64,000 nt of DNA from an uncultured bacterium (GCA_963801165.1 CAWDDT010000009.1:256001-320000); one strand, 5' to 3'. Shown: positions 1-8,164, counted from the first letter of the stretch. The notes: generated from the sequence alone by a model not told the origin. Translations and numbers: made by a program.

Positions 1-608
1 TCGCTGCTGATCCAGCCGAACAGGTCGTCGATAAGACCGGCGCCCCACTTGACGGCGCCCTTGATGGGGCTGTCGAAGCTACCTCCGCCAACGCCGCCGG
101 CGATGGTCTCGGTGATGAACCTGGCGAGACCGGAGATCGCATGCGTGAGGATCTCGATGGGGAGAAGCACCGCCACGGATATCAGGTTGAAGAAGTCGTG
201 CATCGTGGCAGCGGTGAACGCTCGCTTGAACTCCTCGGAGCGGCGCATGTGGGCCAGAGACACAATCGTGTTGGTGACGGTGGTCCCGATGTTGGCACCC
301 ATCACCATGGGGACCGCATGCTGGACGGACAGCACGCCGGTGCCGACCAGCCCGACGATCGTCGACGTAGTCACCGATGACGACTGGACGAGGACGGTCG
401 CCAGGATCCCGACGAACAGACCGGCCAGCGGGTTGGAGACGCCCCGAAACAGCGTGTCGGTGAAACTCGATCCGAGTCCCTCGATCCCGTTCTCGAGCAG
501 CTTGACCCCGACGAGGAAGAAGTAGAGAAGCGTAAGGACCAGGATGCCCCGCACCGGGGACGGCAACCGGTGCCGGCTCGTACCGACGCCCGGTGTCTGG
601 CTTTCCAC
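1..608 (-). CDS. Na+/phosphate cotransporter (NptA/PNaS family), 3' end runs off the window
   Basis: Not in the ORF track. Manual translation from GTG at 608 (GGAGGAG RBS upstream): ...LFVGILATVLVQSSSVTTSTIVGLV...MGANIGTTVTN...AATMHDFFN; the QSSS and GANIGT motifs are typical of this family. Confidence 0.85.
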   Translation of the reverse strand, partial: MESQTPGVGTSRHRLPSPVRGILVLTLLYFFLVGVKLLENGIEGLGSSFTDTLFRGVSNPLAGLFVGILATVLVQSSSVTTSTIVGLVGTGVLSVQHAVPMVMGANIGTTVTNTIVSLAHMRRSEEFKRAFTAATMHDFFNLISVAVLLPIEILTHAISGLARFITETIAGGVGGGSFDSPIKGAVKWGAGLIDDLFGWISS

Positions 609-804
609 TACTGCTCCTCCAGTAGCCGGCCGCTGTTCCCGAGCGGCCGCCGCAGAGATACTGGCCGAGCCAGGGCACGTTCTGCAAGTCGACTTCGATA
701 GGTTTGTGGGAGACTTCGCTTGTCCGGCGGGAAAGGTGGCAGTCTGACGCCGGGAGACTCCGCCGAATGAGTGACGGCGGACAAGCTAACCCGAGGGAGC
801 CCCC

Positions 805-2181
805 ATGCCGCACCGCAGCATCATCGAACCGTTCCGTATCAAGTCCGTCCAGGCCATCGATCTGCCATCCGCCGAGGAGCGAGAGCGGGCGCTGCAACGT
901 GCCGGCTACAACCTGTTCGGTCTGCACGCCGATGAGGTCGTCATCGACCTGTTGACCGACAGCGGCACCGGCGCCATGTCGTCGCGGCAGTGGGCGGGAA
1001 TGATGCTCGGCGACGAGTCGTATGCCGGGGGTCGCTCGTTCTTCAAGTTCGAGAAGGCGGTCCGGGAGATCACAGGCTACGAGCACGTCATTCCGACACA
1101 TCAGGGGCGCGCTGCCGAGCGCATCCTATTTGCCAACGCCGTCGGCGCGGGCGATGTCGTTCCATCGAACACCCATTTCGACACGACGCGTGCCAACATC
1201 GAGTACCAGGGGGCAGAGGCACGCGACCTGGTCATTGCGGAAGGTCGGGACCCGTCTGTGGTCCTTCCCTTCAAGGGCAACGTGGACATCGACGCGCTAC
1301 AGGCAACCATTGCCGAGGTTGGTGCGGAGCGGATCCCCATGGTGATGGTGACGGTCACCAACAACTCGGGTGGTGGCCAGCCGGTGTCGATCGCAAACCT
1401 GCGGGCCGTGCGTGCGGTGTGCGACGAGCACGGGCTGCCGTTCATCCTCGATGCGTGCCGGTTTGCCGAAAATGCCTGGTTCATCAAGCTGCGCGAGAAG
1501 GGCTACGCCGACAAGACACCGCGGGAGATCGCCGGAGAGATGTTCTCGCTCGCCGACGGGTGCACCATGTCGGCCAAGAAGGATGGCCTGGCCAACATCG
1601 GGGGGTTCCTCGCTCTCAATGACCCGGCACTCGCGGTCAAGTGCCGCAACCTGCTGATCCTCACTGAGGGTTTCCCGACGTACGGTGGTCTGGCCGGCTA
1701 CGACCTCGAGGCGATCGCGGTCGGTCTCAATGAAGTGCTCGACGAGAACTATCTCCGCTACCGGATCCGGTCGACCGAGTACCTGGCTGAGAAAGTCTAT
1801 GCCGCAGGGGTGCCCATCGTCCGGCCCGCGGGAGGACACGCGGTGTACCTCGACGCCAAGGCGCTGCTCCCCCACATTCCCGCCCACCAGTACCCGGCGC
1901 AGGCCCTGGCTATCGAGCTCTATCGCAACGGAGGGGTGCGTGGCGTCGAGATCGGGTCTGTGATGTTCGGCAAACCGCAGCCCGACGGCACCGACACTGC
2001 GGCGCCGATGGAGCTCGTTCGTCTGGCGATACCTCGCCGCACCTACACCCAGAGCCATATCGACTTCGTCGCCGAGGTGATTATCGACGTGGCGTTGGGC
2101 GGGTCGGACATCAAGGGTTACCGGATCGTCGAGCAGGCGCCGTGGCTGCGTCACTTCACGGCACGCTTCGAACCCATGTAA
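805..2181 (+). CDS. tnaA: tryptophanase (PLP-dependent beta-eliminating lyase)
   Basis: EPFRIKSV, DLLTDSGT, HQGRAAE and the PLP-lysine motif MSAKKD. The C-terminal LRHFTARF has His, as in tryptophanase, where tyrosine phenol-lyase has RFFTARF. Confidence 0.85.
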   Translation: MPHRSIIEPFRIKSVQAIDLPSAEERERALQRAGYNLFGLHADEVVIDLLTDSGTGAMSSRQWAGMMLGDESYAGGRSFFKFEKAVREITGYEHVIPTHQGRAAERILFANAVGAGDVVPSNTHFDTTRANIEYQGAEARDLVIAEGRDPSVVLPFKGNVDIDALQATIAEVGAERIPMVMVTVTNNSGGGQPVSIANLRAVRAVCDEHGLPFILDACRFAENAWFIKLREKGYADKTPREIAGEMFSLADGCTMSAKKDGLANIGGFLALNDPALAVKCRNLLILTEGFPTYGGLAGYDLEAIAVGLNEVLDENYLRYRIRSTEYLAEKVYAAGVPIVRPAGGHAVYLDAKALLPHIPAHQYPAQALAIELYRNGGVRGVEIGSVMFGKPQPDGTDTAAPMELVRLAIPRRTYTQSHIDFVAEVIIDVALGGSDIKGYRIVEQAPWLRHFTARFEPM

Positions 2182-2238
2182 TCCCTCAAGAACCCGGGGA
2201 AACCGGCCGATTTCTTCAACCGACACAGGAAGGATCGG

Positions 2239-5205
2239 TTGAAGGCACCTCGCACCGTTGTGACGCTCGCGCTGGCGTTGTTGCTGGCTCTCACCGCGTG
2301 CGCTCAGGGTGACCCGGCGGTGGACTACTCAGATGGCTACGAGTACCCCGCCGAGCTGGTCGCAGCCGGTCAGGTCGCCGCCATGGCGCAAGCCACCACA
2401 ACAACGACAGTCCCGTCGCTGAGCGAACCCGCTGACGATGCCTCGCCACCGCTCGTCTGGGCGGCTCAGCAGGCGCTCCTCGCCCCGGACCCACTTCCGC
2501 TTCCTTCGTCCGTGCTACTGCCCGAAGTAGGCCGGCTGGAGCCCTTCGTCGTCACCGCCGACGGGCAGAGACGGCTCTTGCGCGAGGTCAGCGTCACGGT
2601 TTCATACGATTCCGACACCGGAGTGGTCGTTGATCCGGCCGGCTGGTGGGTCGTCAACTATCCGCTGCAACGCATCCGCGGGACCGACGGTCTCGATATC
2701 GATCAGATAGCCGAGACGCTGACCGGTCGTCCCGCCGCCGACCTCACCAACTACTATTTCTACACCGCACCGGCCCGCGGTGAATCGCCGGCAGCGCTCG
2801 CACCGGCCACCGGTCCGGCACCGATCAAGGTCACCCCGGGCCCCGATCTCGTGGTCAACAACCAGGATCCCGAGGCGTCGGATGACAACAGCGGCTCGCC
2901 GGCCCACCCGCTGCGCACCATCTCCGCCGCCGTCGAGCGGGCCCAACCCGGCACGGTCATCCACGTCTACCCCGGCGTGTATCGAGAAAGTGTTGTCGAA
3001 ACGGTCGACGGTTCCGCCAGTTCGCCTATCAAGATCGAAGGGATCAGGGGCGCCTCGGGCGCAATGCCGGTCATCACCGGCAATGATCCGTTCCCGGTCG
3101 GAGCGTGGCGCCCGGCAGAGGGTTTGTCCGGGGTCTACGAGGCGACGGCATTCACCGACATGTCCGGCTCGCTCACGGTCGACGGGCAAGCTCTCGTCGA
3201 GCGCGGCGCACCCTGGGATCTGCAACCCGGCGAGTACGTGGTGAGCGGGGGAGGAGACGCCTACGTCGACCCGCGCTTTGATGGTGACTTCAACGCCCGC
3301 GAGGGTGCGATCTACGATTTCGGCTCTAGCCAGTACATCTGGCAGCGCAAGGCGGCCGATGGCGGTGGGTTCGTCGACCTCGGCTCGGAATTCGGGGACG
3401 GCTTTGGCGGTGGGGTCTACTGGGGATCTGCCTGGGTATACGTGACCAAGCCATCCGATGTGTCTGACTATGAGTGGTACACCAGCCGGTCTGGCTACGA
3501 CCTGCAGGTGTCGGGCCCGTTCCGAGCCGGCGGAATCGGCGGCGGGAGCCTCACGGACCAGCCCTACGCGTACCGGGTGTGGCTAGACGGCGAGTTGCTC
3601 GATTCGCACATCTATGCCACCAGCGACAACGGCGAGGCCGACCTGCCGCATCCCGAGATCGGGCTCGGCGACTACGGCGAGACCTGGCACGGTGTTGTCA
3701 TGCAGCAGGGTTGGCACCATCTCATGTTCCAGTGGGACACGACTACGGCGAGTGGCACCGCGGGGAAGACGCCGTCGTTCCGGTTTGGAATTCCCGAGGT
3801 CGTCGGCGCTGCGGTCACGTCCGCATCCCGGCCTACCAGTAGCGGGCGCGGTGTGGGCGGGACCGCGCAGAATTTCGTATCCGAATACATGGTTCTCGGC
3901 CCGGTTCCGTCCGCCTTCGACCCCACCGTGTTCGTACGGCTTCCCGATGGAGCCGATCCGAACGAGGCAAGTCTCGGCCTCGCGGCCCGCTCTGGACCCG
4001 TTGTCTCGATCCTCGGCGATTTTGTGGAGTTGCACGGTTTCGAGGTGCGCGGGGGTACTCAGCACGAGGGCGAGGCGCTCATCAGCATCGGTAGTCGGGG
4101 CGAGAATCCCGCAGAGGATGTGTACGCCCACGGTGTCGTCATCGAGGGCAACTACGTGAGGGGCAGCGAGCACACCGGCATTGGCGCCGTTGTTTCGGGT
4201 GATATGGGGGTCGCCCCCATCGAGATCAGCAACAACTGGGTGGTCGACGCAGGCGCCGTAGGGATCGGTGTCTCCGGGATGAGCGTGCGGCTCACCGCAG
4301 ATACGCTCAACGACTGGGCTCCTGGCCGCACCCGGGTATCGGTGGAGTCGAACACCATCGTCAACGCGGGATGGGCCGGCTACAACCGGGTGACCGACGT
4401 CTCATCAATTCTGTTCGACAAGATGACCGGCAGCACGATCGCCCATAACACCATCACCGGCGGCGGGCCGGGAATCACACTCCGCGGCGAGAACTACGGC
4501 ATCCGGGTCGATGGCAACACCATCACCGACCCCTATGCGTGGGGGATCGGCATCGAGGCCAACCCGGGCCCCAACCTCATCGCCAACAACCTCATCAGCG
4601 GATTGCGGATCGGACCCGACTGGATGAAGGCTGCAATATTGACCTGGGATTCGGACCAGACGTGGATCATCAACAACACCGTCGACGGTCTGTGGAGCAC
4701 CGAGACCGGGTGGTTCGGTGACGTTGGCACCTGGGGCGGCGGTGGCCCGGAGAACTTCGAGAGGATTGACTATCCGACCTGGCATTTTCACACCTTCCGC
4801 CGTACCTACGTCAACAACCTCATGGTGGGTAACTGGCTCGGCGGCATCGAGGACTATCAGGGTGACTGGGGTGATTCCGACACCTTCACAGCCAACTATC
4901 GCGAGGTGCCCAAACCCGACCCGTTCGACTACCTCGCCGACGCGGCCGAACCCGCGGACGTCCGCTACGACTTCGTCGATCGCGATGGCGGCGACTACCG
5001 GCTCGAGATCTCGTCCGAGCTGAACACGATGGGCGCGGTCAACCTGACCTCTCGTGTGGCCACCCTCGATCTGCTCGGGCTGCCCCGGTTCCTCAGCGAC
5101 AGCACGTCGGTCGGCGCCTACCGTGCCGCCCCCGACGTCCCCGCCGGCACCACCGTAATCGAAGCCCTGTTCACCAACGGCAGCGCCATGAGGCTGGAAG
5201 GCTGA
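2239..5205 (+). CDS. large secreted lipoprotein with right-handed parallel beta-helix (pectin lyase-like) repeats
   Basis: Lipobox LTAC; 'SDDNSGSPAHPLRTISAAVERAQPGTVIHVYPGVYRE' is a DUF1565-like beta-helix start; repeated I-x-x-N-x-I/V units in the C-terminal half. Confidence 0.7.
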   Translation: MKAPRTVVTLALALLLALTACAQGDPAVDYSDGYEYPAELVAAGQVAAMAQATTTTTVPSLSEPADDASPPLVWAAQQALLAPDPLPLPSSVLLPEVGRLEPFVVTADGQRRLLREVSVTVSYDSDTGVVVDPAGWWVVNYPLQRIRGTDGLDIDQIAETLTGRPAADLTNYYFYTAPARGESPAALAPATGPAPIKVTPGPDLVVNNQDPEASDDNSGSPAHPLRTISAAVERAQPGTVIHVYPGVYRESVVETVDGSASSPIKIEGIRGASGAMPVITGNDPFPVGAWRPAEGLSGVYEATAFTDMSGSLTVDGQALVERGAPWDLQPGEYVVSGGGDAYVDPRFDGDFNAREGAIYDFGSSQYIWQRKAADGGGFVDLGSEFGDGFGGGVYWGSAWVYVTKPSDVSDYEWYTSRSGYDLQVSGPFRAGGIGGGSLTDQPYAYRVWLDGELLDSHIYATSDNGEADLPHPEIGLGDYGETWHGVVMQQGWHHLMFQWDTTTASGTAGKTPSFRFGIPEVVGAAVTSASRPTSSGRGVGGTAQNFVSEYMVLGPVPSAFDPTVFVRLPDGADPNEASLGLAARSGPVVSILGDFVELHGFEVRGGTQHEGEALISIGSRGENPAEDVYAHGVVIEGNYVRGSEHTGIGAVVSGDMGVAPIEISNNWVVDAGAVGIGVSGMSVRLTADTLNDWAPGRTRVSVESNTIVNAGWAGYNRVTDVSSILFDKMTGSTIAHNTITGGGPGITLRGENYGIRVDGNTITDPYAWGIGIEANPGPNLIANNLISGLRIGPDWMKAAILTWDSDQTWIINNTVDGLWSTETGWFGDVGTWGGGGPENFERIDYPTWHFHTFRRTYVNNLMVGNWLGGIEDYQGDWGDSDTFTANYREVPKPDPFDYLADAAEPADVRYDFVDRDGGDYRLEISSELNTMGAVNLTSRVATLDLLGLPRFLSDSTSVGAYRAAPDVPAGTTVIEALFTNGSAMRLEG

Positions 5206-5214
5206 AGTCCAATC

Positions 5215-6039
5215 TCAGTTGAGGCCGCGGCTGTCTTGTTTGAGAGCGGTGTCGACCGAGAGCGCTGAGGCGATGACCAGCGAGCGGAGGGGCTCGTCGA
5301 GCGTGCGGTGGAGTTGGAGGACGTAGTTGTCGGCGGTGGTGAACATGGTCTTGGCCAGGCCTTCCCACGTCTTGGTGATCCTGGCTACCTCGCTGCCGGT
5401 GCGGTCCTGGATACTGAAGTTCCACGCCCGCCAGTTCTCCGCCTTGATGGCTCCCACCGTGGTTCCGCCGGCTTGGAGAGCGAAGTTGATCTTGCCGAAC
5501 ACATTCTGCTGAACGATCGAACCGACGGGGCGCCCGGCGCCGTCGGACACCTCGACCCGTGATTTGACCAGCTTGGCGGGGCGAGTGACGGTGAGGAGGA
5601 CCGACCCGTGCATGTCGACGATCTGGAACTTGTGGGTGAGGAATTGGTCGACGCTGGTGAGGACCCGCAGCGCCTTCTTCGCCGCACTCTGACCGACCTC
5701 GCGGATGGCACCGATCTGGTTGCCGTTCTGGTCGTACACCGCGTACTCAGTATTGACCTCTATCAGCTTGGCCTTCTGGTTGACCACCAGGATCGGCTCG
5801 GTGAGGATCGTGCCACCGCCTGCCGGTGCCCCCGACAGACCGGCCTGCCGGCTCACCTGGTCCTGTACCCTGGCATTGCTCTGCTCCCCCACCGGAACTT
5901 GGGACCCGGCGGTGGCGGAGTCGTTGCGCTCCACGTTGCCGTCCATGACCCGATCGGTCCAGGTGGCGCCGTCCCAGTATCGTTTCTCGTGTCTGCCCGA
6001 TGGATCGGGATACCAGTTGGCTGCGGGTTGCTCGCTCAT
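5215..6039 (-). CDS. DUF2510 + phospholipid scramblase/LURP-one-like protein
   Basis: N-terminal WYPDPSGRHEKRYWDGATWT (DUF2510) followed by a tubby/scramblase-like domain. Start reassigned to ATG 6039 (MSEQP). Confidence 0.8.
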   Translation of the reverse strand: MSEQPAANWYPDPSGRHEKRYWDGATWTDRVMDGNVERNDSATAGSQVPVGEQSNARVQDQVSRQAGLSGAPAGGGTILTEPILVVNQKAKLIEVNTEYAVYDQNGNQIGAIREVGQSAAKKALRVLTSVDQFLTHKFQIVDMHGSVLLTVTRPAKLVKSRVEVSDGAGRPVGSIVQQNVFGKINFALQAGGTTVGAIKAENWRAWNFSIQDRTGSEVARITKTWEGLAKTMFTTADNYVLQLHRTLDEPLRSLVIASALSVDTALKQDSRGLN

Positions 6040-6145
6040 GGCGATGAGGCTACACGCCCGCGGGCCGCACCCGACGGCATCGTGTCGGTGCAGCCCGCGA
6101 ACGGGCGGTAGCGGTCTCGTGGCCCCGATCAGGGTCCCGCAAACA

Positions 6146-6190
6146 TCACTTGCGGTTGCCAATCGGTCCCGTGAGAGAGAACATGTTCAT
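6146..6190 (-). CDS. candidate 14-aa small ORF (MNMFSLTGPIGNRK)
   Basis: AGAAAGGAG RBS 7 nt before the ATG; last of three sORFs with the same RBS core. Confidence 0.4.
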   Translation of the reverse strand: MNMFSLTGPIGNRK

Positions 6191-6248
6191 CTCTGTGCTC
6201 CTTTCTGTTCTTCCCCCGTCGAGGGGGTGTTGTCCTGCCGGCGATAGG

Positions 6249-6392
6249 TCATCGGACCCTGATCGCGGCGACAGCTTCGTTCATGCGCGCAATGTGCCGT
6301 GCGTCGGCGTCCTCGACCCAGCGCGGATTGCGACCGAGATCGACGCCGTGCCGTGCCAGCACGTTGCTGATGCGGGCGATAGGTGTCTGCAC
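6249..6392 (-). CDS. candidate 47-aa small protein (MQTPIARISNVLARHGVDLGRNPRWVEDADARHIARMNEAVAAIRVR)
   Basis: GAAAGGAG RBS before a GTG start; GC-rich third codon positions; corresponds to the 3' part of track ORF 6249..6473. Confidence 0.55.
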   Translation of the reverse strand: MQTPIARISNVLARHGVDLGRNPRWVEDADARHIARMNEAVAAIRVR

Positions 6393-6417
6393 CGTCCCTC
6401 TCCTTTCATGTTGTTGC

Positions 6418-6495
6418 GACGGAAGCTGCCGGGATCTGCAGGCTGCGATGGGCCGTGTATGTGTGCAGGCCACAGGTCCCGGCGGCTTTGCCGTC
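6418..6495 (-). ncRNA. long imperfect RNA hairpin upstream of the 47-aa sORF
   Basis: Nested pairings GACGG/CCGTC, AAGC/GCTT, GCCGGGA/TCCCGGC, CTGTGG/CTGCAG and CTGC/GCAG. Confidence 0.45.
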
Positions 6496-6524
6496 TGTAC
6501 GTACTCGCCGAAGGCGACTACGCG

Positions 6525-6574
6525 TGGAGCGGGGAGGATTCGAACCTCCAGGGAACCCCCAATGGGCCCGCCCC
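6525..6574 (-). ncRNA. tRNA-like mini-structure (acceptor stem + T-arm, no D or anticodon arm)
   Basis: Minus strand reads GGGGCGG-N18-GGAGG TTCGAAT CCTCC-CCGCTCC-A: a 7-bp acceptor stem with a G3.U70 wobble and A discriminator, and a canonical 5-bp T-stem with a TTCGAAT loop. No encoded CCA. Confidence 0.55.
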
Positions 6575-6595
6575 GGGTGTCTGGAGGGGCGGGCC

Positions 6596-6624
6596 AAAGA
6601 AGAAAGCCGCCCCTGGGGCGGCTC
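6596..6624 (-). terminator. intrinsic terminator after the 42-aa sORF
   Basis: GAGCCGCCCC-A-GGGGCGGCTT hairpin followed by TCTTCTTT. Confidence 0.65.
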
Positions 6625-6653
6625 CTCGTGAACGATATGGTGGGTCGACGTCT

Positions 6654-6782
6654 CTAGATAGTCGTCGCCCCGGTGTTCCGAGGAGCCTTGCTGATGACAG
6701 CAGCGCCCGTAGCGCTGCCTCCGCCGCGACGCGGAGACACGAGGTTGCTGTGCCGGACAGCGGTGAAGTTGGTGATCATCAT
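6654..6782 (-). CDS. candidate 42-aa leader peptide (MMITNFTAVRHSNLVSPRRGGGSATGAAVISKAPRNTGATTI)
   Basis: AGAAAGGAGA RBS just before ATG ATG; followed by an intrinsic terminator, an attenuator-like layout. Confidence 0.5.
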   Translation of the reverse strand: MMITNFTAVRHSNLVSPRRGGGSATGAAVISKAPRNTGATTI

Positions 6783-6857
6783 GCGTGTCTCCTTTCTCCT
6801 CGAAACCTGAAACCAAAACGCCGCAACGCCCCCGAAGGGGTGTCACGGCCTGGACGT

Positions 6858-6886
6858 AATCTCGCATACATGTATGCCCGTGTCAA
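6858..6886 (-). promoter_or_regulatory. sigma70-type promoter with a palindromic operator in the spacer
   Basis: TTGACA-17 nt-GAGATT; the spacer holds the perfect 14-bp palindrome GCATACATGTATGC (6864-6877); a C(UUCG)G hairpin follows at 6820-6849. Confidence 0.55.
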
Positions 6887-6940
6887 GGCATTTGTTGGAT
6901 TCGGGACGAGATCCCGGGCTCCAGGAGGTAGCCTCGACAC

Positions 6941-7702
6941 ATGTTGACTTTCGATTCGTACCTCGCCCACTTCGACGCAGACGCCCATTTACTCGCTGCC
7001 GCCGCAGCCAGGGGGCTCGACCCCGATGTGCCCGGGTGCCCCGAGTGGACGGTGCGTGATCTGGTGATTCACACCGCCGACGTGCACTGTCACAAAGCCG
7101 ACATCATCACCGGAGCCTGGATCGACCAGTCGCCGCCGCATCGGGGTCTCCCCGAGGGAGCCGCCCCGCTCGACTGGTACCGGGAGGAGGCGGTCCGTCT
7201 CTACAAGATCCTCGAGAAGGCAGATCCTGCGCTGCCGTCGTACACGTTCGGGCCGGACAAGACCGTCGGGTTCTGGTACCGGCGGATGGCGCAGGAGACC
7301 GTCGTCCACCGCGTCGATGCCGAGCAGGCGCACGGCTACGAGAGCGCCATCGATCCTGAGCTAGCCGTCGACGGGGTCGCCGAGTTGTTCGAGGTGTTCC
7401 TCACCCGTCGCCCCGTCTGGGCTCAGTTCCGTCCCGGCGAGGACGTGATCTGCATCGAGACCGCCGACCAGACCTGGGCGGCGCGGCTCGGGAGGTTCGT
7501 CGGCTCCCGGAAAGGCGTCGACTACGCCGATCGCACCATGATGCTCGAACCGGACGCCGAGCCACAGGCGACGATCGGCGGTGAGCCCGATAGGGTGTTC
7601 CTGTGGATTTGGGGTAGGGCTCCGATCGACGATGTGACAGTCACCGGCGATCCCGGCGTGGTCGAGCGGTTCCGGGCAACGTGCGCCCGGCGTCTGCTCT
7701 AG
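6941..7702 (+). CDS. maleylpyruvate isomerase family mycothiol-dependent enzyme (MDMPI N-terminal domain)
   Basis: VPGCPEWTVRDLVIH and RRMAQETVVHRVDAE motifs; AGGAGG RBS. Confidence 0.85.
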   Translation: MLTFDSYLAHFDADAHLLAAAAARGLDPDVPGCPEWTVRDLVIHTADVHCHKADIITGAWIDQSPPHRGLPEGAAPLDWYREEAVRLYKILEKADPALPSYTFGPDKTVGFWYRRMAQETVVHRVDAEQAHGYESAIDPELAVDGVAELFEVFLTRRPVWAQFRPGEDVICIETADQTWAARLGRFVGSRKGVDYADRTMMLEPDAEPQATIGGEPDRVFLWIWGRAPIDDVTVTGDPGVVERFRATCARRLL

Positions 7703-7799
7703 GAGGGTGCTGTTTTGATCGCCGTGAAGCGTCGCAGGTCTGACGCATTACCGTTGTGGACCACGCGTTGAGCCTGAACTGGAATTGTTCAGCACACTC
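7703..7799. repeat. 97-bp MITE-like element, copy 1, flanked by CTAG direct repeats
   Basis: Ends GAGGGTGCTG ... CAGCACACTC form an inverted repeat; CTAG at 7699-7702 and 7800-7803; internal blocks are shared with 49275-49372. Confidence 0.65.
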
Positions 7800-7817
7800 C
7801 TAGCGCTCGATGGCTGC

Positions 7818-7991
7818 CTACTCCTCCTCCTGGTGTTTCTCCAGGGGTCGGCCGAGACGCTCGCTCTGCTCGCGCTTGCGGCGCATCCGCTCCTCGAATT
7901 GGTCCGAAGCCTTGGTGTGACCCCGGAGCTTCGCTCCGGGCACATGGGTGGCGTCGTGACTGCCGCGTCGGAATCCGCTGTCGTGGCTCAT
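7818..7991 (-). CDS. 57-aa charged hypothetical protein (MSHDSGFRRG...EKHQEEE)
   Basis: Below the ORF-track cutoff; AGAAAGGTGA RBS and typical codon usage. Preferred over the antisense ORF 7785..8021. Confidence 0.6.
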   Translation of the reverse strand: MSHDSGFRRGSHDATHVPGAKLRGHTKASDQFEERMRRKREQSERLGRPLEKHQEEE

Positions 7992-8164
7992 CAAGTCACC
8001 TTTCTTCGGCTTCTTCCATAATGGCCCGGGAACGGAGGATTGTGAAGGCCTGAGCTTCGCTCGGCCGGCGACGTGCCCGATTGCTACCGAAAGGGCGGAT
8101 CGCCCCTAACAGCCGGCCGGGCCGGTTGATACATTTATGCAGTGCCCTTGTCAGGAGGTTGCTG

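Noticed and set aside
6525-6600. Complete tRNA gene
   Set aside because: No D-arm or anticodon arm can be formed; only an acceptor stem and T-arm are present, so it is reported as tRNA-like.
6150-6947. Long overlapping ORFs in the track (265, 153 and 124 aa)
   Set aside because: No RBS or recognisable domains; the minus-strand promoter, RBS-led small ORFs and hairpins explain the region better.
7785-8021. Leu-rich 78-aa ORF on the + strand
   Set aside because: It is the antisense shadow of the Glu-rich minus-strand ORF 7818-7991, which has a good RBS.
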